A stretch of 64,000 bases of DNA from Takakia lepidozioides (Eukaryota; Plantae; Bryophyta): contig CM060734.1 in the NCBI GenBank assembly GCA_030704615.1, positions 43,524,001 to 43,588,000 of the forward strand, given 5' to 3'. How positions within the stretch are numbered: position 1 is the stretch's first letter; each line of letters starts with the position of its first letter. This document shows, one piece after another, positions 46,686 to 58,151 of this stretch. The notes under the pieces were generated by a model that had not been told where the DNA came from, ran no database searches, and saw nothing but the letters and a program-made list of their open reading frames with translations. The position numbers were made by a program, and so were the translations under genes.

Positions 46686-49600
46686 CGGTCGTGGTTGAGG
46701 TGCCTAATTTTATCAATTGTGCCGCTGCTGCTATGGCTTCCAGTTGACCATCTACCCATGCAGGTTTCTTGTAGCTATTGATCCACAGGGAATCATAGGT
46801 AATCTCGTGCTTGAAATCTGGCCCTCTTGGATGAATCTGGACCCACACTCCATCCCTGCTCCTTCAGCTATCCATGCCTCGGGCACAAATCATGCATACA
46901 TCCTTGCCTTGCATCCAACAGACATTAACCTTGTTGCCTCGATTGTCCCACCATTGACTGGGGTCAGACAAGTATTCTTTCCAGGGATTCTCCTCGTCTC
47001 TCTTACCTGTTTCTGGATACTTTCCTGTTGTCAAATTGGTAGTATCATGTCATAGTCACTCCAAACTATCAAAGGGTCACTCAACCAGCTAACTTGCAGA
47101 ATTCAACATGAAAATTTAGGGCCGGTTCTCATAAGAGGGAAAAACATGGTGAAATGGGTTGAAGAAGGTGTCTTCATTAGCAGTGCCTGCTTTTATCAAT
47201 TGTGCCGCTGCTGCTGCTGCGGCTTCCAGTTGACCATCTACCCATGCAGGTTTCTTGTAGCTATTGATCCACAGGGAATCATAGGTAATCTCGTGCTTGA
47301 AATCTGGCCATCTTGGATGAATCTGGACCCACACTCCATCCCTGCTCCTTCAGCTATCCATGCCTCGGGCACAAATCATGCATACATCCTTGTCTTGCTG
47401 CTAGCAACAGACAATGACAGCCTAGGTTTGTTCTAGGAAACACCCCAACCATACTTATCACACTAGTTCCTATGCTGACTTGCATCTGCTTCCAACAGGC
47501 ATTCACCTTTTTGTCTCCATTGTCCCACCTTTGACTGGTGTCCGAGAAGTGTTCATTCCAAAGCTTCTCCTCGTCTCTGTTATCTGTTTTAGGATACTTT
47601 CCTGCTGCCACATTGGCACTAACTTGCCAAATTCATTCCAAACCACCACAGATCCACTGCAACATATGACAAGTGAAAGGCTACAACTTGGATGTGGACA
47701 CCATATTCAATATGCAAAGTCAGGGCCGAGTCTGATGAGACCGAAAAACAGGCTGAAATAGGTCGAAGAAGAAGGTGCCCTCACAACATTGTCCTTGACA
47801 TTGTATCATGACCCATGGAGGATTTGGCCAACCATCACCCAAAAGGACCTCTTGTGTGTGCTGCTTGTGTCTGTCGTCAGGTAATCTCGGATTGGTCTGT
47901 GAGACCCACCACGGTGCAGATAAGCAGGCAGAGATTGAGACACGGCCTGCTAAGACCAAGCTGACTCTCCCAAGAACCTTGTAAACATCATGAAGAATAC
48001 CAAATCATGGTACTAACAGGAGCCAAGAGCCCACATTTGCAGGATGGACAAACTTGTTCACATCGTACATTAAGAAAAAGACACACCTTGCGAATGCGGT
48101 TGTCCCACCATCGTGAAGGATCTTTAAAAAACTCATGCCGGCTCTGCTCCGTGCTCCAAGGTAGAGGTTTGTGCTCGAAAATCCGACAGCATCAACATGT
48201 TGACATGGTCCTTTACTGAGGGGTGCTAGTGAGCTTTCAACAACATTCATGCAAGTTGTTTTGGGCTCGATTGGGGCTCTACACGATGAGGAACAACGAC
48301 CTCCAAACTCTCCTCAAGAAACGTGTGTTTTTACCGAACTTTAAACAAGGATATTACTTTGCTCTTCCAAGGTGGCAGGGGTAGGGGGCCTACATCGACT
48401 ACCGGTTCGTTGTAGTGCCGTTCTAATGGCTCCTAGCAGTTATAGCGCTTGCATGCAGCCGCCAAATGGGCCCCACATGCAATTGCCGCCTTTCGGACAG
48501 CCATGTGTTGATGTGGCTGATTTGTTTTCTGGACGACTTGGGGTACATAGTGCATACCTATATTGGAATTTGGAACGTGAGAAAAAAAAAACAAAAAACT
48601 TAAATGCCAAGACCCAAGGTAAAAGATTCTGGCTGCTCAGCGCCTTCCTCTCTGGTCGTTTCCAGAGAACACTCTACAATCTCCAGACTGCAAATATAAG
48701 CTGGGTTAGCATACATGTAAGTCTGGACAAGTTCGTTATTCCTTGTCGGGTAGATCCCAATGGAGCCCACAAAAACTTGCATGAATGTTGTTGAAAGCTC
48801 ACTAGCACCCCTCAGTAAAGGACCTTGTCAAAATGTTGATGCTGTCGGATTTTCGAGCACAAACCTCTACCTTGGAGCACAGAGCAGAGCTGGCATGAGT
48901 TTTTTAAAGATCCTTCACGATGGTGGGACAACCGCAGTCGCAACCGCAATTGCAAGGTACGGCTTTTTCTTAATGTACGATGTGAACAAGTTTGTCCATC
49001 CTGCAAATGTGGGCTCTTGGCTCCTGTTAGTACCATGATTTGGTATTCTTCCTGATGTTTACAAGGTTCTTGGGAGAGTCAGCTTGGTCTTAGCAGGCCG
49101 TGTTTCAATCTCTGCCTGCTCATCTGCACCGTGGTGGTTCTCACAGACCAATCCGAGATTACCTGACGACAGACACAAGCAGCTCACACAAGAGGTCCTT
49201 TTGGGTTGATGGTCGGCCAAATCCTCCATGGGTCATGACACAAGGTCAAGGACAATGTTGTGAGGGCACCTTCTTCTTCTACCTATTTCAGCCTGTTTTT
49301 CGGTCTCATCAGACTCGGCCCTGACTTTGCATATTGAATATGGTGTCCGCATCCAAGTTGTAGCCTTTCACTTGCCATATGTTGCAGTGGATCTGTGGTG
49401 GTTTGGAATGAATTTGACAAGTTAGTTCCAATCTGGCAGCAGGAAAGTATCCTAAAACAGATAACAGAGACGAGGAGAAGCTTTGGAATGAACACTTCTC
49501 GGACACCAGTCAATGGTGGGACAATGGAGACAAAAAGGTGAATGCCTGTTGGAAGCAGATGCAAGTCAGCATAGGAACTAGTGTGATAAGTATGGTTGGG

Positions 49601-50432
49601 GTGTTTCTAGAACAAACCTAGGCTGTCATTGTCTGTTGCTAGCAGCAAGACAAGGATGTATGCATGATTTGTGCCTGAGGCATGGATAGCTGAAGGAGCA
49701 GGGATGGAGTGTGGGTCCAGATTCATCCAAGATGGCCAGATTTCAAGCACGAGATTACCTATGATTCCCTGTGGATCAATAGCTACAAGAAACCTGCATG
49801 GGTAGATGGTCAACTGGAAGCCGCAGCAGCAGCGGCACAATTGATAAAAGCAGGCACTGCTAATGAAGGCACCTTCTTCAACCCATTTCACCCTGTTTTT
49901 CCCTCTTATGAGAACCGGCCCTAAATTTTCATGTTGAATTCTGCAAGTTAGCTGGTTGAGTGACCCTTTGATAGTTTGGAGTGACTATGACATGATACTG
50001 CCAATTTGACAACAGGAAAGTATCCAGAAACAGGTAAGAGAGACGAGGAGAAGCCCTGGAAAGAATACTTGTCTGACCCCAGTCAATGGTGGGACAATCG
50101 AGGCAACAAGGTGAATGCCTGTTGGATTACAGAGAGTAGCAGACGCAATGAGCATAGGAACTAGTGTGATAAGCTGAGTGACAATGACCTACGCCGTCAT
50201 TGTCAGCTGCTAGCAGCAAGGCAAGGATGTATGCATGATTTGTGCCTGAGGCATGGATAGCTGAAGGAGCAGGGATGGAGTGTGGGTCCAGATTCATCCA
50301 AGAGGGCCAGATTTCAAGCACAAGATTACCTATGATTCCCTGTGGATCAATAGCTACAAGAAACCTGCATGGGTAGATGGTCAACTGGAAGCCGCAGCAG
50401 CAGCGGCACAGTTGATGAAATCAGGCACCTCA
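46686..50432. repeat. Large inverted repeat: arms ~46686-48285 and ~48745-50432, spacer ~460 bp
   Basis: Mirror-image ORFs (48005-48250 - vs 48760-49038 +; 47116-47334 - vs 49709-49924 +; 47480-47761 + vs 49283-49564 -). Confidence 0.95.
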
Positions 50433-52913
50433 ACCATGACCACAGGTTCTGGAAGAGGATCAAGAGAGGGAGTCCACAATGCCTCTTCTGGCACTTCTGG
50501 GCATGTGAAGATACTTTGTGAGGCAGGCAGACTGAAAGAGGCTCTACAGACTTTGAACCAAGGAGGTATTTCAGCAGATTCAGAAACGTATGTCTGTCTC
50601 TTGCATAAGTGCATCAAGGTGAAAGGCCTGGAAGCTGGAAAGCAGGTGCACACTCACATTATCCAAAGTGGATTCACGCCAAATGTTTTTCTCCTCAACA
50701 CCCTTGTCAACATGTATATTAAGTGCGGGAGCATCATGGATGCTCACCAAGTGTTCAACAGAATGCCTCGACGATCTTTGATCACGTGGAATATAATGTT
50801 GGCAGGATTTACCAAGCATGGGTGTGGTAGGAATGCTTTGGAGACCTATGAGCAAATGATGGGGGAAGGGGTGAAGCCCAACCAAATCACGTTTGTGTGC
50901 GTTTGCAGTGCGTGTGCAAGCCTGACAGCCCTAGAAAAGGGCAAAGAGCTGCATGGCGACATCGTGAGAGCTGGAATCATACCAAATGTGATCCTGAACA
51001 CTACCCTGGTGGACATGTATGCCAAATGTGGGAGTATCGAGCATGCAAAGGGAGTGTTCGACAATATGGCTGAACGAAATGTGGTGTCGTGGGGTGCGAT
51101 GCTCGCAGGGTATGTACAGCAGGGGCGCGGGATGGAGGCTTTGGAGATGTATGAGCAAATGATGTGCGAAAGTGTGAGGCCCGACCACATCACGTTTGTG
51201 TGCGTTTGCAATGCGTGTGCAAGCCTGGCAGCCCTGGAAAAGGGCAAAGAGGTGCATGGCGACATCGTCAGAGCTGGAATCGTACCAGATGTGATCCTGA
51301 ACACTACCCTGGTGGACATGTATGTCAAATGTGGGAGCATCGAGCATGCAAAGGGAGTGTTCGACAATATGGCTGAACGAAATGTGGTGTCGTGGAACGC
51401 GATGCTCGCAGGGTATGCACAGCAGGGGCGAGGGATGGAGGCTTTGGAGACGTATGAGCAAATGATGTGCGAAGGGGTGAAGCCCGACCACATCACGTTT
51501 GTGTGCGTTTGCAGTGCATGTGCAAGCCTGGCAGCCCTGGAAAAGGGCAAAGAGGTGCATGGCGACATCGTCAGAGCTGGAATTGTACCAGATGTGATCC
51601 TGAACACTGCCCTGGTGGACATGTATGCCAAATGTGGGTGCATCGAAGATGCAAAGGGAGTGTTCGAAAATATGGCTGAACGAGATGTGGTGTCGTGGAA
51701 CGCGATGCTCGCAGGGTATGCACAGCAGGGGCGTGGGATGGAGGCTTTGGAGACGTATGAGCAAATGATGTGCGAAGGGGTGAAGCCCAACCACATCACG
51801 TTTGTGTGCGTTTGCAGTGCGTGCGCAAGCCTGGCAGCCCTGGAAAAGGGCAAAGAGGTGCATGGCGACATCGTCAGAGCTGGAATTGTACCAGATGTGA
51901 TCCTGAACACTGCCCTGGTGGACATGTATGCCAAATGTGGGTGCATCGAGGATGCAAAGGGAGTGTTTGACAATATGGCTGAACGAGATGTGGTGTCGTG
52001 GAACGCGATGATCGCAGGATATGCACAGCATGGTTGTCATAGGGAGGTCGTGCAACTATTTGAAGGAATGCAAAAGAACAGCTTGAAGCCGGACAGTATC
52101 ACCTTTATATGTGTTCTCACTGCATGCAGCCACGCTGGCCTACTGAATGAAGGAAGTCGCTACTTTGATTCCCTGAGTCAAGATCATGGCGTCATTCCGA
52201 CAGTAAAGCACTTTGGCTGCATGGTGGACCTTCTTGGACGTGCGGGACAACTGGATGAGGCAGTGGACCTGATTAATAAAATGCCCATCAATCCAGATGC
52301 TGTGGTGTGGAAGGCCTTGCTTGGTGCCTGCAGAATCCATGGCAATGTGGAGATGGCTGAACGTGCAGCAACATCTATCCTCATGTGGGATGAACAGGAT
52401 GCCGCGACTTATGTGTTGCTCTCAAACATCTATGCTGCAGCTGGCAGGTGGGATGATACTGCAAAGGTGAGAAGAATGATGAAGGTCAAAGGGGTTAGAA
52501 AGGAGCCAGGTCGCTGCTGCATTGAGGTTGGCAACAGGGTGCACACCTTCGTTGTAGCTGACAAGTTGCATCCCAGAATTAAGGAAATCCATGCTGAGCT
52601 GAGAAGATTGTCTGGGCAGATGAAGAAGGCGGGGTATGTGCCTGACACGCGCTTTGTATTGCATGATGTGGGGGAGGAGGAAAAGGAATTTTCTCTTTGC
52701 CACCACAGTGAGAAGCTGGCCATTGGTTTTGGGCTGATCAGCACGACCCCCAGGACGCCTCTCCGTCTCATCAAGAATCTTCGAGTGTGTGGTGACTGCC
52801 ACACCTCCACCAAATTCATCTCAAAGATTGTTGGCCGAGCAATTGTTGTACGGGACGCTAACCGCTTTCACCACTTTGAAGATGGGATTTGTTCTTGTGG
52901 GGATTACTGGTGA
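50415..52913 (+). CDS. PLS-class PPR protein with E1-E2-DYW cytidine deaminase domain (organellar C-to-U RNA editing factor)
   Basis: P-L-S triplets, P2-L2-S2, E1/E2, PG box KEPGRCCIEV, HSEKLA...CGDCH, and C-terminal DYW. First in-frame ATG at 50415 (frame open from 50280; upstream exons not excluded). Confidence 0.97.
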   Translation: MKSGTSTMTTGSGRGSREGVHNASSGTSGHVKILCEAGRLKEALQTLNQGGISADSETYVCLLHKCIKVKGLEAGKQVHTHIIQSGFTPNVFLLNTLVNMYIKCGSIMDAHQVFNRMPRRSLITWNIMLAGFTKHGCGRNALETYEQMMGEGVKPNQITFVCVCSACASLTALEKGKELHGDIVRAGIIPNVILNTTLVDMYAKCGSIEHAKGVFDNMAERNVVSWGAMLAGYVQQGRGMEALEMYEQMMCESVRPDHITFVCVCNACASLAALEKGKEVHGDIVRAGIVPDVILNTTLVDMYVKCGSIEHAKGVFDNMAERNVVSWNAMLAGYAQQGRGMEALETYEQMMCEGVKPDHITFVCVCSACASLAALEKGKEVHGDIVRAGIVPDVILNTALVDMYAKCGCIEDAKGVFENMAERDVVSWNAMLAGYAQQGRGMEALETYEQMMCEGVKPNHITFVCVCSACASLAALEKGKEVHGDIVRAGIVPDVILNTALVDMYAKCGCIEDAKGVFDNMAERDVVSWNAMIAGYAQHGCHREVVQLFEGMQKNSLKPDSITFICVLTACSHAGLLNEGSRYFDSLSQDHGVIPTVKHFGCMVDLLGRAGQLDEAVDLINKMPINPDAVVWKALLGACRIHGNVEMAERAATSILMWDEQDAATYVLLSNIYAAAGRWDDTAKVRRMMKVKGVRKEPGRCCIEVGNRVHTFVVADKLHPRIKEIHAELRRLSGQMKKAGYVPDTRFVLHDVGEEEKEFSLCHHSEKLAIGFGLISTTPRTPLRLIKNLRVCGDCHTSTKFISKIVGRAIVVRDANRFHHFEDGICSCGDYW
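50860..52020 (+). repeat. 303-bp near-identical tandem repeats (PLS triplets), ~4 units
   Basis: Parallel off-frame ORFs at 51164, 51467 and 51770 are spaced exactly 303 nt apart. Confidence 0.95.
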
Positions 52914-54174
52914 AAAGATGTTTTCTTGGAAAGATGCGAGTGTCGTGCTTCATTCAGTGATCTGTGTAGCTACTCAGATCATCCACCATTTCTTGAGAGT
53001 ATTGACCATGATGTAATGTTGAGTGCATTTCCTGTGGCGCATCCACGGGAAATGATAGTGGGTCTACCCGGCATCTGTGGGAAGTCAGCCCATAATTGCA
53101 CTTGACTGAAGGGGTGATATTGGACTGAGTTTGGTGACAGTAGATGGAAATCAGAGTGCTGTCCTAATTCTGGGTTTGGGTGGGGGAGCTTCTCCAAAGC
53201 TTGAAGATGGAAGTGAATACGAATTTGCATGAGCTTGATTAGAGGGGCATCCCTGTGCACAAGTTTGTTCAGCATCTTAAATTTACAGATGTTTGGATGG
53301 AGCCCTTTATGAACTTGCGTGAATATTGTCAAAAGCTATCCTTAACCCACCAAGATCCAACCCCATGGTGGCTGCTTGAAAGTTTCACATAGTGATTGTA
53401 AGGGTATTTGGGTATGTTGTTATTGATTGATGCCGCTTGACTCCCTCATAATGAGCGATACTGCCAGTGTTGGTGGACCGACCAGGTCTCTATCGTTGGT
53501 GTGACTCCCAGTGTTCTCAGTAACTACTTGAGCTGCCAATCTCAAACAACCCAAAAAGACTCTCTTGAAATCCCCTTCAAGCAAAGTGAGGTTTTTTTCT
53601 CTTGCTTCCATTATCCGTCCAACATCCCAAAACCGAAGCTTTTGGTCCGTCATGTTGGTTGAATGAGTATCAATAAAATTACACCCAACCAAGGGATATG
53701 TATGTGAATAATGAGAGGAAGATATACTTACTGCTCCTTTGGCTGTGAGGGCACAGTCATCAGAAGGATTTGTAGTGAGTTGTGGTGCGATGCTCAATTG
53801 TTGCGCAAAGGGTTGGGATTTTAGTTTACTTGCATGCAAGTTTTGGGATAAAGTAAGCATATAGGAATAATGCTTCTTAAGTTTGCGGGGGCCCTATGCA
53901 TTAGAGGATGGTCCAGGAATTAAAAGGGGGGATTTATGTATCCCAGCGGTTTACAGTAGACATAGGATGGGAATTTAATGCGTGAGTGCGAGGCTTGCCG
54001 GTACAATCCCCTGAGCTAAAGGGGGGGGGGTCCCTCGTGGGCCCATGGTCATATCCCCACCGCTTCCCGTGTATGCTTCACGCCCTTGGAGGGTCCCGCG
54101 CTCCAGGTTCCAGTCCTTGCTCCTTTGTTCCTACTGCGGCGCTCCCTTGTTCCCCGCTCCTCCGCTCTCGTGTT

Positions 54175-54295
54175 ATTGCTCCCTGCTCTTTCGCTCCCTT
54201 GTTCTTCGCTCCCCTGTTCTTCGCTCCCCTGTCATTGCTCCTTGCTCTTTCACTCCCTTGTTCTTCGCTCCCCTGTTATTGCTCCCTGCTCCTCC
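54175..54295 (+). repeat. ~15-bp pyrimidine-rich minisatellite (gctcccctgttcttc)
   Basis: About 8 imperfect units visible. Confidence 0.75.
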
Positions 54296-54431
54296 AGTCC
54301 CTTGGAGAAAAACCTTAGTTATTGGCACTTCGTTTTGGGGATCCACTTCGATGAGAGGAGAGAACATGGACTAAATGTCTCAAAACGACTTCACATGCTG
54401 GAACGGACCTCTCGCAGGGTTTACATAACGA

Positions 54432-56104
54432 TTGAGGGTGTTGATGTTTGAGAGAGAGCGTGGTGGACAATTCACGGAATTGGGAGGTCCACGTACATGG
54501 TTGAGTACACAGGGATGGTTATCAAGTCTTCGTGGGAACCGTGGAGTAAAGCGGCCAAGACCACAGACGCTGCAGGTAGAGAGGAACATTATGTCCATTA
54601 TCAACGGAAATACTGACCTCATGCCACACAAGACAAGGTACATTGGGGAGGGAAAGCATGATACTTTGAGAGTCTTACCACCTGAAATGAACTGGAAGAG
54701 AATACGGGAGGAGTCCAACGAGGTATGAAATCTCCCTCCTTCGATTTCTTTCCTGCAAGTTTTTTCTCAGTTGGATGTGCATTGCTCCTGGATATATGTC
54801 TCTGCTCCACTGTGGTGCTTGTTTCTTGAACCTCCACTGTCCAGTGGACGTTCCTTTTCTGACCCTTTCTGAAATTTTCAGACGAACAAACTTTTTGGAT
54901 TGAAAAGAGTCTCGCAGCCAGCTGTTAGCCGCATCCGGGGTCGGATATTTCTAAACGTGGAGGTTCATAAAACTGGGAGCACATTTGCAAAGTGCACGGA
55001 ATGCGAGATGTTAAAAGACCTGATCAAAAAGTCTATCAAGAGGAGTGTAGAACATGTGACACACAAACGAGCGCTTGATAAACATTTGAGGCACCAAGAG
55101 CCGTGCAGAAAACTGTACCATAGCTGGAGGAATGAGTCTGTCATGATTCAGGAGGAGTTTATCTGTATTATTCACGACAAAATGGATCATAGGAAAACAA
55201 CTATTCCAAGGCTACAGACTCCAAACAAGATAATATCTGGATTGGGTCAGCTTCCTGTCTCGCTAACGGGAATGGTCACGCACGGACATGACGATAAAGC
55301 TTACGATCAGTTCTCTCTTGAGTTCTGGAAGGGAAATTCAAACTTCACAATTGGGTCTTTGACTCGTTGCCTACGCCAGTTGGAGAAACCAACCTGTCGC
55401 GAGTCCAAGAACATTTTCGATTATGAACTTCAAAATGAGTTTTTTGAAACACTCTTAAGAGGTAAATCAAGATGTTTGGATGCTCTGAAATCTTGCAGGC
55501 CGGAAGACAAGCAGGGTGCTCGTCCACTTCCAAGAAGACTCTACTTACAAATGGACAACTCCGCGAAGGACAATAAGAACAGATGGATGATCGCTTTCCT
55601 ATCCCTCCTCACCGCAAAAGGTATTTCGAAGAGATCCAGCTAGGGTTTCTCATGGTCGGCCACACCCATGAGGATATTGACGGTTTCTTCAGCTACTTTT
55701 CTAAGAAGCTAAAGAAACGCAACACCTACATTCTTTCGGATTTGATGAGGTCGTTCATGATCTCGCAAGATCTGCAGTTCATTCCACAGATTATTCAAGA
55801 GGTTTCCAACTTTAAGAATTTTGTAAAGGGCTGTATTCTGGATGGAAATGAGGCGTTGGTCGGTATTTCAGAGATGCATGTGTTCCGGTTTTTTAAGGAT
55901 GCGGAGGGTTGGCCCGTCATGAAATACAAGAAGTCAGCGACAGATTCGGATTGGCTTCCAAAAAACACCAGCGTGAAGATGTGGAAGTCAAATCCAGACG
56001 AGACGCCCAAACTCCCTGGAGGAGACCCAGATGTCGTTTCAAGAAGACCGATCTGGGGAGTCGGAGACGACTCCTCCCCCCAATATCAGACTGATCCTGC
56101 ATAA
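54432..56104 (+). pseudogene. Sola-like DDD DNA transposase with predicted intron 54723-54881 and one frameshift (~55620)
   Basis: DLMPH, FAKCTECEML, IIHDKMD, LYLQMDNSAKDNKN, FLMVGHTHEDIDGFFS. A GT...tttcAG phase-0 splice joins ORFs 54432 and 54900 in frame. Confidence 0.75.
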
Positions 56105-56875
56105 GCTGTTTTCAGACCTGATGACGGAGGGATGTAAGGCTTGGGTGTCCCTGCAAACAACTTCTCTCAGATGAGGCGACATGAGGTGTGCTCAACTGTT
56201 CTCAGCATTCACCTAGGCTAAAGACGGCTACCTCTGCAATAGGATCTCTGATACGAGAGTCTCCTAGAATGACAAGCTCCCCAGGCAATGGGAAGTCGTC
56301 TGGTGATATTGAAGCATCGGACATTAATTGGCGCCGCCATAAGCTGCGCCTCTGCAAATCAAAGGCTCACTTGGATTTTGATGGAGCGTAGGCTTAGTCT
56401 TCCTTAATCTCTTCTGTTTTTTTGAGCTTAGCGTTTTTTAGGCTCTATAATCCTTCTTAGTGCTCTCTCCCAACAGCTTGCCTCTAGCTCTCCTCGGCTT
56501 TTGACTGCGGGCCCACCTCTCTATGCTATCTCCTTCTTTTCTCTCCCCGTGGCTCTGGGTGTTCCCCGTACGTTTCGCTTTACAGCCTTTTGGCAGGTTA
56601 TTTTTTCCTCATCTGTATCCGTGCTCTTCAATAAAGTTCTCAGGGCTTCCATCCCCTGTTATGAAAATTAAATAAAATATAAAATTCAAATCTAATATAA
56701 TATGCACTAGAGCATAGGTAGCCCCGTGGTTTGGTGTTTATGCCTTGTCTATGCACAATATGGGTGATCCAAGGTTCCAAGTGTCCACTTTCCAATGGAA
56801 GGCAATATTAGGGTTCCAACTTTCCACTTTCCAATGTAAGGCAATCAATATATGAATCGAGACGTTTGTTTGTTT

Positions 56876-57454
56876 TGTCGTGCGCATACATATCGTACAC
56901 AACTACATCGTTGTCCAAAACCACACAACACATGTGCACACCACACACTAGTATACCACTAGTCCACCACTAGTCCAACCACTAGTCCAACCACTAAGCT
57001 ACAACTAGTCAGTCACTAGGCTGCCACTATGCTGCCCACTATGGCAGTCACTAGTCCACACAATAGATAAAGAAGAAGAATACAAGCACGAGCTCACAAA
57101 TCTGAAGCATAAACTGAGCCTCCCGTGCTTGCCGTGAAGATAACCACTCCAGGGCCTAAATCTGCCTTGACCCCTGGATTGACACTTGGGCCAATCCCAA
57201 ATGTCAATATGTAAAAACTAGCTATTTCCTAGCTAGTTTCACACTAGTGGTAAAATAACTTGATAGCTGTCGTGCGCATACATATCGTACACAACTACAT
57301 CGCTGTCCAAAACAACACAACACATGTACACACCACACACTAGTATACCACTAGTCCACCACTAGTCCAGCCACTAGTCCAACCACTAGACTACAACTAG
57401 TCAGTCACTAGGCTGCCACTATGCTGCCCACTATGGCAGTCACTAGTCCACACA
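56876..57454 (-). repeat. Two 187-bp TG...CA direct repeats (56876-57062, 57268-57454), putative short LTRs, CCACTAGT-rich
   Basis: Near-identical copies at offset 392. The right-hand copy follows a G-rich PPT-like tract on the minus strand. Confidence 0.7.
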
Positions 57455-57714
57455 ATCGCCCCCCTAGCTGGTGCTTAGGTCCCTCTAAGTCCAGGTAGCC
57501 ACAAGATGTGATAGTGACCATAGCCTCACTAAGTCCTCCACCACTATCCCTACTACACTCAAACTCGATAGATCAAGAGGCCGGGTGCAAGAGTTGCCTC
57601 ATCGTTAGTCGCCGTCTTGCAACCTGTGAACTTGAGCTTGGGATCTCATGTATTGACTCCTATGAGCTTGGCCTCCCATGTCTTGTCAGCTGCCTCCAGT
57701 CATGTTCACTGTCA

Positions 57715-58151
57715 CTATCCCAAGCAGTGTGGACACAACCAATCTCCGTCAGGAACCTTCTCAAGAGGTGGTGTCAAGCATCCCATATGCCAACCCCTTG
57801 AGCATCGATCACACACCAGCATGGTGGCTGCCCCTTTGGCAGACCCACAGAGCATGCACCTCAAACCTGCAGGTACCACTGCCAAGTTTGGGTCAACTCT
57901 GCCATCGACATTGGGAAGGTGACATGGCGCACAATTACGCACATGGTCTTTCCAAGTCATGCCATCCCGACCCTCCAAGATCAGGACTCATGAGGGCAAC
58001 ACCTCTTGAACCCTCAGAATAACACGCCCTGCAGTAACATCCAGAGTCGTAGGAGCAGTCTGCTGCAAATAAACATAGTCATCAGGGCTAAACCTCCGAA
58101 CCCCAGGATGATATCCTCCACCACGTATAGTAGCATACCTCAACGTATCAC
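57715..58151 (-). pseudogene. Retrotransposon integrase C-terminus fused to a PHD finger
   Basis: DTLRYATIRGGGY...DYVYLQQ...HVRNCAPCHLP, then CMLC...MLVCDRCSRGWHMGCLTPPLEKVPDGDWLCPHC (C4HC3). Confidence 0.85.

Noticed and set aside
50280-50414. N-terminal extension of the PPR ORF
   Set aside because: Non-ATG start lying in the repeated upstream unit. No evidence it is translated.
50846-52055. Two ~375-aa antisense ORFs
   Set aside because: Shadows of the repeated PPR coding sequence.
52979-53860. Minus-strand ORFs downstream of the PPR gene
   Set aside because: No recognisable motifs.
53922-53945. PPT plus LTR start (aaaaggggggattta-tgta)
   Set aside because: No upstream pol homology or partner LTR seen.
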